Positions 25,737 through 35,897 of a DNA stretch of 52,111 nt are shown here, piece after piece (position 1 is the first letter of the stretch; each line of letters begins with the position of its first letter). Under the pieces are notes generated by a model. The model made no database searches, had not been told where the DNA came from, and saw only the letters and a list, made by a program, of their open reading frames with translations. Position numbers and translations under genes: made by a program. The stretch spans positions 1-52,111 of IMG/VR virus record IMGVR_UViG_3300045002_000011; one strand, 5' to 3'. The DNA is from a virus (taxonomy: Duplodnaviria; Caudoviricetes).

Positions 25737-27944
25737 ATGTTCCGATTCCGAGCCGCGTGGCTGGTCGCGTTCTCGATCGCCGTGCTTTCGCTCTCCGCCG
25801 CCCTCACCGGCGGCTTGCGCGCGGGCCCGACCACGTTCGCCACCCCCGGCGACAATCTGATCACGAGCCTCGGCTCCGCGTACACCGCGGGGTCCGGCAC
25901 GATGACCCTCGCGACGGGTTACGGCGCGATCGTGAGCGCCCGCCTCTCGGCGATGGGCTTCCCGACGATCTCCAGCACGAACCCGCTGCGGTTCACCGTC
26001 GTCGCCGCGAGCGCACTCAACGCCTACGGCCAGATCACGAACACGAACCTGGTTGCGGTCTACACGGCGACCGGTCTTTCGGGCGACGTGCTCAGCGGCG
26101 TCGCCGTCGATACGGGTTCGATCGATCAGAACTTCGCGGCCGGCTCCCAGTGGGCCGTCTTCGTCACTGCGCGCGCGATCTGGTCAGTCGACAACGCGGT
26201 CAACCGCCTGGAGTCCGGCGCCACTCTCACGAACGCGAGCACACTCCAGGGCTTCAGCGTTGCCTCGACGACGCCGACCAATGGGCAGTATCTCATCTGG
26301 AATAATTCCGCCAACCAGTGGCAGCCCACGTCGGTCGCGGGATCCGGATCGGTCACCTCGGTCGGGCTGACGATGCCGACCGGATTCAGCGTCTCCGGCT
26401 CGCCCGTCACGACCAACGGCACGCTCGCGGTCTCGACGACGTTGAGCGGGGTGCTGAAGGGGAACGGCTCCGGCATCGTCGCGGCGACGGCGGGCACCGA
26501 TTTCGTCGCCCCCAACGGCGTAGGCGCGAGCCAGACGATCGACGGCGGCGCCAACGCCAACGGGAACCTGATCCTCAACTCGACGAGCAACGCGACGCCC
26601 GGATTTGTGCTGTTGGGCACGAATGGCGACCTGGTGGGGATCAACGACTCGAGCCCCAACGCTCAGCTTCAGCTCAACACGATTAACGCCTCCACCGTGG
26701 GCGTCCGGATCCAGGGTTCGGCCTCGCAAACCGCCGACCTCACCGACTGGACCAACAACGCCGGCACGGTGATCGGCTCGTTCTTCACGACCGCGACGAC
26801 CAATGGATTCAGTGCCACGTCGCCCAACGGCGTGACGACGATCCAGATGCGGTCGATCTCGACGCAGCCCGAGCTCTTCACCACGACGAACGACCCGCTG
26901 ATCTTCGGCACGAACAACACGAGCCGGTGGGAGATCCAGAACACCGGCAACCTGCTCGCGTTCGCCGACAACACGTACTCGATCGGCGCTCTGGGCGCAA
27001 ACCGGCCGTCGAACGTCTACGCCGCGCAGACGGTCGTCGCCGGCGGCTTCGCGCCTTCGCTCGCGACGAAGACCGGCGCGTACACGTTCACGAGCAGCGA
27101 CACGTCGATCCTCGCCAACGCATCCACGGCCGGGTTCAGCGTCACTCTCCCGGCCTCGAACGCGACCACCGCCGGTCGCCGTTATCGCCTCACGAAAACC
27201 GACAGCTCCGCCAACGTCGTCACGCTCGCGACCAGCAACTCCGACACGATCAACGGTGCGTCGAGCTACGCCCTCTCGCTGCAATACCAGTATGTCGCCG
27301 TCGAGACGGACGGGGTCAGCTCCTGGACGATCGTCGCCGCCGGCCCGAACGCGACCAACGTCACCGGCACCGTGGCGATCGCCAACGGCGGCACCGGCCA
27401 GACCACCGCTTCGGCCGCGTTCGCCGCCCTCAGCCCAAACACGACGCTCGGCGACATCACATATGGCAGCGGGACGAACACCGACGCGCGCTTGGGGGGG
27501 AATGTCTCGACCTCGCAGGCCGTCCTGACGCAAACCGGCAACGGCACCGTCTCGGCGGCCCCGAGCTGGTCGACGGTCCTCAACGCGAGCGTCATCCCGA
27601 CGACTGGGCTGAACATCACCCAGCACTACGGGACGATCACGACCGATACGGATGCCGGCGGGAATTGCACCTTCAACCTGGCGACCTCCGACTGGCACCA
27701 GGTGCAGTTGACCCAGGCCGACACGTTCGCGCTCTCGAATCCGACAGTCGGCCAGCAGTTCACCGTGATCGTGCAGCAACCGGCCACCGGCGGACCGTTC
27801 ACGGTCACATGGTTCAGTGGCGTTAAATGGCCCTCCGGCACGGCGCCGACCCTGAGCATTGGAAACGGTGCCCGGGACGTTTTCACGTTCAAGTGCATTG
27901 CGTCGGGCGTCTACCTGGGTTTCGTGGCCGGGCAAAACTTCTGA
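25737..27944 (+). CDS. Fibre/adhesin-like Thr/Ser/Gly-rich protein with signal-peptide-like N-terminus
   Basis: MFRFRAAWLVAFSIAVLSLSAALTGGLRA; GSVTSVGLTMP, VAIANGGTG, VTLP, VKWPSGTAPTLS fibre-like motifs. Confidence 0.7.
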   Translation: MFRFRAAWLVAFSIAVLSLSAALTGGLRAGPTTFATPGDNLITSLGSAYTAGSGTMTLATGYGAIVSARLSAMGFPTISSTNPLRFTVVAASALNAYGQITNTNLVAVYTATGLSGDVLSGVAVDTGSIDQNFAAGSQWAVFVTARAIWSVDNAVNRLESGATLTNASTLQGFSVASTTPTNGQYLIWNNSANQWQPTSVAGSGSVTSVGLTMPTGFSVSGSPVTTNGTLAVSTTLSGVLKGNGSGIVAATAGTDFVAPNGVGASQTIDGGANANGNLILNSTSNATPGFVLLGTNGDLVGINDSSPNAQLQLNTINASTVGVRIQGSASQTADLTDWTNNAGTVIGSFFTTATTNGFSATSPNGVTTIQMRSISTQPELFTTTNDPLIFGTNNTSRWEIQNTGNLLAFADNTYSIGALGANRPSNVYAAQTVVAGGFAPSLATKTGAYTFTSSDTSILANASTAGFSVTLPASNATTAGRRYRLTKTDSSANVVTLATSNSDTINGASSYALSLQYQYVAVETDGVSSWTIVAAGPNATNVTGTVAIANGGTGQTTASAAFAALSPNTTLGDITYGSGTNTDARLGGNVSTSQAVLTQTGNGTVSAAPSWSTVLNASVIPTTGLNITQHYGTITTDTDAGGNCTFNLATSDWHQVQLTQADTFALSNPTVGQQFTVIVQQPATGGPFTVTWFSGVKWPSGTAPTLSIGNGARDVFTFKCIASGVYLGFVAGQNF

Positions 27945-27950
27945 GCACTT

Positions 27951-30900
27951 ATGCGACGACTTCTCCTACTCAGCGTGCTTTCGCTCCTCAGCGCGCGCTC
28001 CGCGCTCGCGACGGCGTTCGTCGCCGCGTCGGGCGGCGGCGAGTGGACGAGCCCGGCGACCTGGACCGCCAACTCGAGCTACCCGGGCGCGAACGGCAAC
28101 GCCGGCAATGACACGGTCACGATCGGCGCAAACATCACGGTCTATCTCGGCAACGGCGACAACATCACCGTCGGTGCGAGCGGCGCCGCCGGGACGGTCG
28201 CAATCTCGATTCAGAAGGGCACGCTCAGCGTCGGCCCGACGAGCAGTTCGACGGGCGCAACGCTCACCGTCTGCGGCGATGTGCAGGTCCAGGGATCCGC
28301 GACGAACTTCACCGGCCTCGACAACTTGCAGATCCAGGCCGGTTCCACGTTGCAGTTCCTGTGCCCCGCCAGCGTCCAATATAAAATCGACTGCTCGCCG
28401 GCGTCGGGAGGCTTCTACTCGACGATGGCCTGCAACGGCACCCAGAGCGCGCCGTGCACAGTCACCTCGCTGCTGACGAATGGGGCCACGAGCACCGGCT
28501 TCATCCACATCAACGGCACCGCGAATTATCAGGGCCTGCGGAAGGCCTATTACACGCACTTTTCCAACCTGAACGACCAGGTCAACAGCACGTCGAGCCA
28601 GGGCGGCATTCAGATGGCCGCCATCACGAGCAGCTTGTCCGCGACGGTGGACATCGAAAACTGCACGTTCGACAACATGGGCAAGTTCGAGATCAACATG
28701 AACTCGAACGCCGCCGGCAACTTCACGTTCACCAACAACGTGTGGGGCGCCACGGCCGCCAACCCCGGCACCCAGGTGAGCGGCGTCGGCTACAACGTCG
28801 GCCTCGACCTGCGGTTCAATAACGCGACCAGCGGCGGTGCGACGCGGACGATGACCGGCGACTGCTTCGACCTGGTCGTCAACCTGCCCGGCGCCTACAA
28901 CCTCGCATGCCAGAACAACTACTTCGGCCAGGGGATCAACCTCACCGCCGCGGGCCCCGATTTCGGCAGCACTGGCACGAATCAGACCTTCGATTCCAAC
29001 GCGGTCGTCCAGCCGGGCCAGGCCGGAATGATCGCGATCGGCAACGTGACGAACTGCTGGATCGCGACCACGTTCCCGGGCAATCCCAAGTACCTCCTTC
29101 CCGGCACGAACACGACCAACACGCCGTTTTCGATCAAGGGCAACATCGCCGAGGCGATCGTCTGCACCTCGGGGAGCGGCGACTGCTACGAGATCAACGC
29201 CGACACCGCGATCCAGTGGAATATGCGGAACTGCTTCGTCATGCCGGACCTCTGGGGCCTGGATAGCGGCGTGCAGTTCACCGGTACCATCTACGCCGCG
29301 GCGAGCACGCCCACGTGGGCCGGCACGGCCTTTACAGGCGCCGCTACGACCGGAGGCTTTCTGGTCGGTGGAACCACGTACTACTACAAGATCACTGCGA
29401 CGAGCCCGATCGGCGAAACCGTCGCGTCGACCGAGCAGAGCTACACGCCGCCGGCCGGAACGAGCACCAACACGATCACGCTCAACTGGACCTCCGACAC
29501 CAACGCCAATGGCTACAAGGTCTACCGGTCCACGACGAGCGGGAGCGAGCAGCTCCTCGCGACCGTCGCCGGCGGGTCGACGCTCACCTACGCCGATACC
29601 TCAAACACCACGCCGAGCGGCAGTCCGCCCTCCACGGCCGCGGCGTCGTGGGTAGACCTCGAGCACTGCACGTTCTTCATCTGCCAGCTCCAATTCGGGA
29701 TCGACTTCGCGGAGACGGTCGGCGGATATACCGGCGCGTGCACCTCCTGCCGCGGCAACCTCGGGTGGTCTCCCTCCGCAGTACCCAGCGTGCTCGTCGA
29801 CGCCGAGAATGGTTCCGCGGTCGATTACGTCACCGCGCCGAATGCCAATTACAACGGGCAGTGGAACACGTCGCAGAGCTCGGGCGGTGCGCACTACACC
29901 ACCACGAATAGCTACAGCCTGAACCTCTCGACGGGCACGCCCGGCCTCAACGACGTCCACGGCGATCCGCAGTTCGTCGATTACACGCGCTCGATGTTCC
30001 GCTGGGCCGGCGACTACATGGTCGCGCGCGGATTCTATACCCCGAGCTCGAACAGGGGGGCCTGGGCGACCTCCACGGCCTACAACGTCGGCGATGTCGT
30101 TCAGTCGACAGTCGGGACGATCGCGTTCGGTAAGCCGGTCTGGTATCGCTGCGTTTCGGCGCACACGTCCAACACGACCGGCTACGCCGCCCAGCAGCCG
30201 GGGAAGAATGTCTACCAGAACCTGCACCTGCCGAGCATGGCGAGCTCGATCCAGATCTTCATGTCGGTAAACACAGCGACGACGGTGCCGACGAGTTTCA
30301 ACATAAACTCCGGTGACAGCGCCTCGACCGTCCAAACCAACATGAACGGCGTGATCAACGGCAAGGGCTTCGCCGTTCAGGTCACGGGCGGCCCGGTCTG
30401 GCTCGCGGTCCCGACGTTCCCCGGAACGGTCTTCACCGGCGCGAGCACGACAGGCGGAAACCTCACCGGCGGCCAGACCTACTACTACGAGATCACGGCG
30501 ACCAACTCGACGGGCGAGACGACCGTCAGCGTCGAGAAGAGCTACGCGGTCCCGAGCGGAACCAATACCAATCAGATCACCGTCAACTGGACGGCGGTAA
30601 CAGGCGCGACCGGCTACAAGATCTACCGGGGCACCTCGAGCGGCGCGGAGCAGCTCCTCGCCACCGTCGGCGCCGTCACGAGCTACGCGGATACGAGCAA
30701 CACGACGCCGAGCGGCAACGCGCCCGCGACGAACAGCTCGGGCGCCGACCTGCTGTGCTACTTCACCTCCGGCACGAGCCCGGGCGCGGGCAACCCGGCC
30801 GACAACGTGCGCGTGCAGTGGCAATCGACCTCCGTGCCGACCGCCGACCAGGTGCAGGACTGGCACAACTCATGGGAGCTGCTCTCCCTGTATCTCCTCC

Positions 30901-31253
30901 GCACAGGCGGCGGCAAGACGGTTACTGACAGCACGCTCAACCTGACGAGCGCCTCGTACCCCGTCGCGCTGATCACCTGGGAAGCCGCCGGCTTCCGTCC
31001 TCAGAACCCGGCGTTCCACAACGCGTCGTACCCATCCGACCCGCAGACGACCGACCGCAACGGTAACACGTACGTCGGCAATGCTGATCTGGGCGCAATG
31101 GCGTACTCGGCGCCGGTGGCCGGCGCCGCGATCCTGAATGCGTCGGCGGCTCCGAGCTCGGCCCGGCCGCAGGAGATCTGCGAGGTGTTCCGGCTCCCGC
31201 GACGCGCGCAGCTCCTTGAAGCCGCGCCGCCCCGCCGGCGCAAGGCTGGGTAA
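27951..31253 (+). CDS. Large beta-helix/adhesin-like protein with signal peptide, two FN3-like repeats and a CBM5/12-like module
   Basis: MRRLLLLSVLSLLSARSALA; G8/beta-helix-like N-terminus; duplicated TYYYxITAT...GYKxYR module; AWATSTAYNVGDVV...WYRCVSAHTS. Confidence 0.75.
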   Translation: MRRLLLLSVLSLLSARSALATAFVAASGGGEWTSPATWTANSSYPGANGNAGNDTVTIGANITVYLGNGDNITVGASGAAGTVAISIQKGTLSVGPTSSSTGATLTVCGDVQVQGSATNFTGLDNLQIQAGSTLQFLCPASVQYKIDCSPASGGFYSTMACNGTQSAPCTVTSLLTNGATSTGFIHINGTANYQGLRKAYYTHFSNLNDQVNSTSSQGGIQMAAITSSLSATVDIENCTFDNMGKFEINMNSNAAGNFTFTNNVWGATAANPGTQVSGVGYNVGLDLRFNNATSGGATRTMTGDCFDLVVNLPGAYNLACQNNYFGQGINLTAAGPDFGSTGTNQTFDSNAVVQPGQAGMIAIGNVTNCWIATTFPGNPKYLLPGTNTTNTPFSIKGNIAEAIVCTSGSGDCYEINADTAIQWNMRNCFVMPDLWGLDSGVQFTGTIYAAASTPTWAGTAFTGAATTGGFLVGGTTYYYKITATSPIGETVASTEQSYTPPAGTSTNTITLNWTSDTNANGYKVYRSTTSGSEQLLATVAGGSTLTYADTSNTTPSGSPPSTAAASWVDLEHCTFFICQLQFGIDFAETVGGYTGACTSCRGNLGWSPSAVPSVLVDAENGSAVDYVTAPNANYNGQWNTSQSSGGAHYTTTNSYSLNLSTGTPGLNDVHGDPQFVDYTRSMFRWAGDYMVARGFYTPSSNRGAWATSTAYNVGDVVQSTVGTIAFGKPVWYRCVSAHTSNTTGYAAQQPGKNVYQNLHLPSMASSIQIFMSVNTATTVPTSFNINSGDSASTVQTNMNGVINGKGFAVQVTGGPVWLAVPTFPGTVFTGASTTGGNLTGGQTYYYEITATNSTGETTVSVEKSYAVPSGTNTNQITVNWTAVTGATGYKIYRGTSSGAEQLLATVGAVTSYADTSNTTPSGNAPATNSSGADLLCYFTSGTSPGAGNPADNVRVQWQSTSVPTADQVQDWHNSWELLSLYLLRTGGGKTVTDSTLNLTSASYPVALITWEAAGFRPQNPAFHNASYPSDPQTTDRNGNTYVGNADLGAMAYSAPVAGAAILNASAAPSSARPQEICEVFRLPRRAQLLEAAPPRRRKAG

Positions 31254-31262
31254 CGCAGCCCA

Positions 31263-31940
31263 ATGTCCTTCGGCGGGATCCCGTTCAACAACGACCCGTT
31301 CGGCGGTCCGACGTTCCCGTCGACGCCGCCGGCCGGCCAGGGCACGGGCGAGCCATTTAACCAGGGCACGTTCGGCGGCCCGACGGCGCCGCCGGCCCAG
31401 CTCCCCGGCGGCCCGGGCCTCGGCGCTCCGTTCAATCAGGGCACGTTCGGCGGCCCGACCGTTCCGGCCGCCGCCGCGCCGACCGAGGCCCGCGACGACG
31501 ACATCTACCAGGCGATCCGCACCGCCCTCGACGAGACCGACCAGTTCGACGGCGTCCATTACCCGTCGATGCCCGAGGACCGCGGCCGTCCCGCGTCCGA
31601 GGGTGCGATGCTCATCATCGAGCCGGGCGACGGCGATGAGGAGCTGCTCTGGGACGATGGCTCCGGGCCGGCGGATATCGTCCGGACCGTCAATTACACA
31701 ATCACGATCATGGTCCGCGAGGAGGACCCGGAAGTTCGTGTCCGCGAGCTGGATCGGCTCTTCTGTGTGGCCGCCAACGCGATCGGCGGCGTCAGTCTCC
31801 TCGACGTGACCATTCCGGACCTCGGCTGGATCCGCCGCGGCCACTACCAGCCGGCCGTCAGCTCCGAGCAGCGCATGCGCTGCACCGCCCGGTTCGCTTA
31901 TTTCATCGACGGCTTCGGCAACCACGACACCGACGAGTGA
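31263..31940 (+). CDS. Tail terminator/completion-like protein with N-terminal PFNQGTFGGPT repeats
   Basis: Immediately precedes the tail tube gene; acidic beta-rich C-domain. Confidence 0.6.
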   Translation: MSFGGIPFNNDPFGGPTFPSTPPAGQGTGEPFNQGTFGGPTAPPAQLPGGPGLGAPFNQGTFGGPTVPAAAAPTEARDDDIYQAIRTALDETDQFDGVHYPSMPEDRGRPASEGAMLIIEPGDGDEELLWDDGSGPADIVRTVNYTITIMVREEDPEVRVRELDRLFCVAANAIGGVSLLDVTIPDLGWIRRGHYQPAVSSEQRMRCTARFAYFIDGFGNHDTDE

Positions 31941-31952
31941 AACCCACAGCAC

Positions 31953-31984
31953 AACCCGTTTTCTTCCTCGAAAACGGGTTTTTG
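31953..31984 (+). terminator. Intrinsic terminator-like hairpin
   Basis: AACCCGTTTTC-loop-GAAAACGGGTT followed by TTT. Confidence 0.65.
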
Positions 31985-32008
31985 TCTCCAGCCTTCTAGG
32001 ACTCTCGA

Positions 32009-32440
32009 ATGTCCGCAACCGGCCGTCAACTCAACTGGAAACCCGTAGGCTTCACGCCCTCCGGTGGCTCGCAGCAGGTGTTCGATGGCGTGACGTCCGT
32101 CCGCATCGATCCGGGCGGCCGCCTGCTCAAGTTCTACGGCGACGGGGACATTATGCCGACGACGATCGTCAACCACGAGAACGAGCCGACCGCCTCCGTG
32201 GAAGCCGCCGACATCGCGTTGCTGCAGAGCTTCGCCCCCGGCACCGTCGGCACTTTCTCGGCGACGCACAAGGACGCCAAGAACGCCGTCGGCGGCGGCA
32301 TCGTCTACACGCTCATCAACGCCGTCGTGCGCAACAATCCCTCGAGCGGCCAGCGCGGGCAGTGGGGCACGGGCACCTTCGACATGGACGCGTTCAGCTC
32401 GGATGGACAAACCAATCCCCTCAGCTTCACCCGCGTGTAA
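32009..32440 (+). CDS. Tail tube protein
   Basis: 143-aa beta-rich ORF upstream of the chaperones and tape measure. Confidence 0.65.
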   Translation: MSATGRQLNWKPVGFTPSGGSQQVFDGVTSVRIDPGGRLLKFYGDGDIMPTTIVNHENEPTASVEAADIALLQSFAPGTVGTFSATHKDAKNAVGGGIVYTLINAVVRNNPSSGQRGQWGTGTFDMDAFSSDGQTNPLSFTRV

Positions 32441-32442
32441 CC

Positions 32443-32928
32443 ATGGCCGAAGAGCAGCTCCCCCGCATCCCCGACGCCGTGATCGTCCCCGTCCATTGGC
32501 GCGGGCCGTCGCGAAGCAAGTTCGAGCGCGCCAACGCGGTACTCGACAAAGTCGAGCCGCTCCTCGGCGTGGGCGTTGGCGGCGCGCACGCGCGGCCCTT
32601 CGCGAACGGTTACTTCGTCACCCGCTCACCGTATTGCACGCTCTTCTTCCCCAAGCGGCACCCGCTCGACGGGCAACCGCGCTATGATTGGGTGGAGCGC
32701 CCCGAGCTGGGCGAGGGCGTTCGGTTCGGCTACCTCAAGCCCGAGGCGCTCGAAAGCGCTGAGCTGGGCCTCGAGCCGACGATCGACCACCGGGCCTCCG
32801 ACCAGCAGGTCGCCGCGGCCCGGGACCGCTGGCGCGAGATCCACGCGAAGGCCGCCGCCGACCGCACGCCCGTGGAGCGCGCCTACTACAAGGCCTACGC
32901 TCCGCTGTTCCACCCCGATCTCCAATAG
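32443..32928 (+). CDS. Hypothetical protein
   Basis: MAEEQLPRIP...; its stop codon is the TAG of a partial palindromic repeat. Confidence 0.6.
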   Translation: MAEEQLPRIPDAVIVPVHWRGPSRSKFERANAVLDKVEPLLGVGVGGAHARPFANGYFVTRSPYCTLFFPKRHPLDGQPRYDWVERPELGEGVRFGYLKPEALESAELGLEPTIDHRASDQQVAAARDRWREIHAKAAADRTPVERAYYKAYAPLFHPDLQ

Positions 32929-32940
32929 AACGGAATTCAT
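32926..32940 (+). repeat. Partial palindromic element
   Basis: TAGAACGGAATTCAT. Confidence 0.75.
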
Positions 32941-32952
32941 CTCGAGGACCCC

Positions 32953-33402
32953 GTGCCCCCACTCGATGAACGGGCCCTCCGCCGCGAGGGCTTCCGCGCG
33001 GACGTGGCGATCGTCCTGGGCGACGGCCAGCTCTGGCAGCTCCCGAAGCCCACCATGCGCGCGGACGGCTGGACGGTCGAGTTTCGTCCCGTCGTCAATG
33101 CGGACGGCACCCTGAGCTTCGACTCTGGCCACAAGCGCTTCGAGCCCGACTTCGGGCCCGACTATGAGCAGAAGCTCGAGGCATTCATGCGCGCGGACGG
33201 CGGCGCCGATGAGGCCAATGCGCTGCTCGCGCTGGCGTGGGAGCTGCTCTCGCGGAACTACGCACTCGCCCCGGCCGACCTCGGGCGTCTCCTCCCGCTG
33301 CGGCCGAACGACGAAACCAACAACGCCATGTGGCAGGCCATCGTCGACGTGGCGCTGGGCCGTGCCCCAAAACTTACGGCCTCTGGCTCCGCTGCGTCGT
33401 GA
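32953..33402 (+). CDS. Tail assembly chaperone (G-like)
   Basis: Precedes the tape measure; slippery C CCA AAA at 33366-33372. Confidence 0.7.
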   Translation: MPPLDERALRREGFRADVAIVLGDGQLWQLPKPTMRADGWTVEFRPVVNADGTLSFDSGHKRFEPDFGPDYEQKLEAFMRADGGADEANALLALAWELLSRNYALAPADLGRLLPLRPNDETNNAMWQAIVDVALGRAPKLTASGSAAS

Positions 33403-33554
33403 GGATGGCAGGGGTCCAGGGGCCGATTCCGCGCGAAGAGGCTGAGGCGATCGCCGTCATGATGGTCGCCGGCAGACGCGTCCCTCCCCCCGGGCAGTTC
33501 GTCGACTGGATGGTCGAGAAAGCCGAATCCGCCTCGCTCGACTGGATCGTCTGA
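33366..33554 (+). CDS. Tail assembly chaperone -1 frameshift extension (GT-like)
   Basis: The -1 frame after CCCAAAA reads TYGLWLRCVVRMAGVQGPIPREEAEAIAVMM... Confidence 0.65.
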   Translation, partial: PKTYGLWLRCVVRMAGVQGPIPREEAEAIAVMMVAGRRVPPPGQFVDWMVEKAESASLDWIV

Positions 33555-33651
33555 TGCCCCGCTCCCCGCACCGACCCGAAGCGCGAGTCGAGCGCGTCTC
33601 CATTCCCCACACTAGCCCGAAGCGCGAGCGAGGCACCTTTCAGCCGCCGCC

Positions 33652-35340
33652 ATGTCCGACCAAAACGAGCTCGTTATCCGCCTGAAGCTGGACAAGAGCA
33701 AGGCAGACCAGGAGTCGAAGGAGTTCCGCGACGCCGAGAAGAAACGGAACAAGGAGCTGCTGACCGACGCCCAGGCCGCCGAGGCGGCAAAGCTCGACAC
33801 GGTGCGACGCGCGAACCGCGCGAAGATCCAGTCGCAGACCGAGCTCCTCGAGGCCAACAAGCGGACGAGCGAGGCCCTGATCGGCTTCACCACCGCCGCG
33901 GCCCAAAAGGGCTTCCAGGTCATCACCGACCTCGCCTCCGCTTATGGACAAGCGCTTCAGAAGGCGATGGAGAAGCAAAAGGAAATGACCGCCAACTTCA
34001 GCGGCCAGCGCGACTCGCTCGGCGAGCTCGCGACGCTGATGGGCGAGAGGGCGGATAACCAATTCACCCTCAAGATGGCGCGCTACAACGCGGCGACGGG
34101 GTTCAAGCAGGAGGAAGGCCGCCAGTTCTTGACGGAGCTCTACAACTCGGGCGCCCAGTTCAAGGGCACGCGGATCTCCGACAAGGAGTTCGAGCAATAC
34201 GCGAAGCAGACGGGCGCTCTAGCGGTCGCGAGGCAAATCCGGCCCGACATCGTGGGCGACGTCGCCGGCAGCGTGCTCGGCTTCAGCGATTACAACAAGT
34301 CCGGCGAGCAGGCCTCCGAGCAGGCACTCGGCAAGGTCAACTCAGCGCTCGCGATCATGGGCCGGGGCAAGGGCGATAACGCCGTCCTCGCCCGCCAGTT
34401 CTCGATGCTCAGCTCCGCCTCGCTCAACGAGGACGAGATGCGGGGCACGTTCCAGAACAGCGACGAGGTCGCAGCGACGATTTCGATCGCCGCCGAGAAG
34501 CACGACGCCCAGGCCGCCGAGCTCTCGAAGATGGCCATCCGTGCGATGCGTGGGTTCGGGGGCAAAAAGAAGCAAGCCGCAATCCTGAAGGAAGCCGGCG
34601 TCACGGCGCAGGACGGCTTCATCCAGGCGCTGCATAAGCTCGCCCCTGTCGTCGAGCGGAAAGCCAAACAGCAGGGCGTCAAAACCGAGGACATTCTCCG
34701 GCAGAATTTCGAGGACGAGGGGGCGATCGACGCCCTCAACGTGTTCCTGAACAAGGGGGTCGCCGGCGGCGGCTTCGCGGATCGCGCGCAGTACGGGAAG
34801 GAAGTGCAAGGGCCGGCGCCGGCCCTGGGCATGATCAAGGAGTCGCAGGCCAGCGAGCGGGGAATGCTCCGTCAGCGCGCTGCCGAGCTCGAGGTCGCCC
34901 GAGCCGAACGCGGAGCGGAATTCTCAAAGCTCGAGATTCTGCGGAAAGAGGCGCTCGCCCAGCTCGTCCGAGAGAAAAAGGTCGACACGACGAACAGCAA
35001 CCTTGTCGACTACATCGCCGATAAGACGACCTTCGGCGCGCTGGGAAGCACTGAGCAACACCGCATCGACAACCGCGTCAAGGAGATCCTCGACAAGCGG
35101 ACCCCCGCGGCTGCGATCGCCGAGGCCAAGGCCAAGGGCGGCGGCCGGACGGTGTGGGGAGCGGAAGCGAAGCAGGAAGCCCTCAATCGCCAGATTGACG
35201 CGATCGAGCGGAATGGTGGCAACGCCCTGGGCGACGCCGAAGCGGTGAATGAGCTCAAGGAGCAGACGAAGATGATGCGGGACGAAGCGCGCAGGCCCGG
35301 CCCCGCGCTTCAAGGCCGCCCACGCGTGATGACGCAGTAA
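33652..35340 (+). CDS. Tape measure protein
   Basis: 562-aa Ala/Lys/Glu-rich helical protein; ELVIRLKLD N-terminus; follows the chaperones. Confidence 0.8.
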   Translation: MSDQNELVIRLKLDKSKADQESKEFRDAEKKRNKELLTDAQAAEAAKLDTVRRANRAKIQSQTELLEANKRTSEALIGFTTAAAQKGFQVITDLASAYGQALQKAMEKQKEMTANFSGQRDSLGELATLMGERADNQFTLKMARYNAATGFKQEEGRQFLTELYNSGAQFKGTRISDKEFEQYAKQTGALAVARQIRPDIVGDVAGSVLGFSDYNKSGEQASEQALGKVNSALAIMGRGKGDNAVLARQFSMLSSASLNEDEMRGTFQNSDEVAATISIAAEKHDAQAAELSKMAIRAMRGFGGKKKQAAILKEAGVTAQDGFIQALHKLAPVVERKAKQQGVKTEDILRQNFEDEGAIDALNVFLNKGVAGGGFADRAQYGKEVQGPAPALGMIKESQASERGMLRQRAAELEVARAERGAEFSKLEILRKEALAQLVREKKVDTTNSNLVDYIADKTTFGALGSTEQHRIDNRVKEILDKRTPAAAIAEAKAKGGGRTVWGAEAKQEALNRQIDAIERNGGNALGDAEAVNELKEQTKMMRDEARRPGPALQGRPRVMTQ

Positions 35341-35341
35341 G

Positions 35342-35866
35342 ATGCCCGACGCCGAGATGGAGGACAACGTCGACCAGGTGATGAACTGGGTCGACGGCCT
35401 CGTCGACAGTTTTGACTTCACGCTCCCCGGCAAGGACGAATCCCTCGCCCGCGACCTGGCCGGCCTCGTCGCCCAGGGGATCTTTGACCGCTCGGCCGAG
35501 GCGCGGGGGGCGGACGGCACGCCCTGGCCGCCCAACGAGCGAAAGTATCGCGCCTGGAAAGAGCGACGGTATCACCAGGTCCAGCCGCTCAAGCGCACGG
35601 GGCAGATGCTCTCGCTCCTCTCTCTGATGGGCGAGACGAAGATCCGCGCGAAAACGGTCGAGATGGTCTACGGCATCAACGAGCCGCCGACCGACACGGA
35701 GACTGGCGACCCGCTGATGCACAAGGACAAGAAAGTCACCGACCGCGAGAAGGCCGAGTGGAACAGTCCCGAGCGACCGTTCTATCAGCTCGACAACAAA
35801 ATCCGCGACGCGGCGATCGACCTCGCCGGCGAGGCCCTCGCTGAGTACCTGAAGAGCACGTCGTAG
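35342..35866 (+). CDS. Virion morphogenesis (Mu gpG-like) protein
   Basis: GADGTPWPPNERKYRAWK...PLKRTGQM motif. Confidence 0.65.
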   Translation: MPDAEMEDNVDQVMNWVDGLVDSFDFTLPGKDESLARDLAGLVAQGIFDRSAEARGADGTPWPPNERKYRAWKERRYHQVQPLKRTGQMLSLLSLMGETKIRAKTVEMVYGINEPPTDTETGDPLMHKDKKVTDREKAEWNSPERPFYQLDNKIRDAAIDLAGEALAEYLKSTS

Positions 35867-35890
35867 CGTAGAACGGAATTCATTTCGCTC
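35867..35890 (+). repeat. GTAG-tagged palindromic element (degenerate right arm)
   Basis: CGTAGAACGGAATTCATTTCGCTC. Confidence 0.85.
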
Positions 35891-35897
35891 CCCACTT

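Noticed and set aside
24390-35340. Contractile tail or tailocin/eCIS
   Set aside because: No sheath or baseplate wedge genes recognised; capsid, portal and terminase are present, so it is a siphovirus-like phage.
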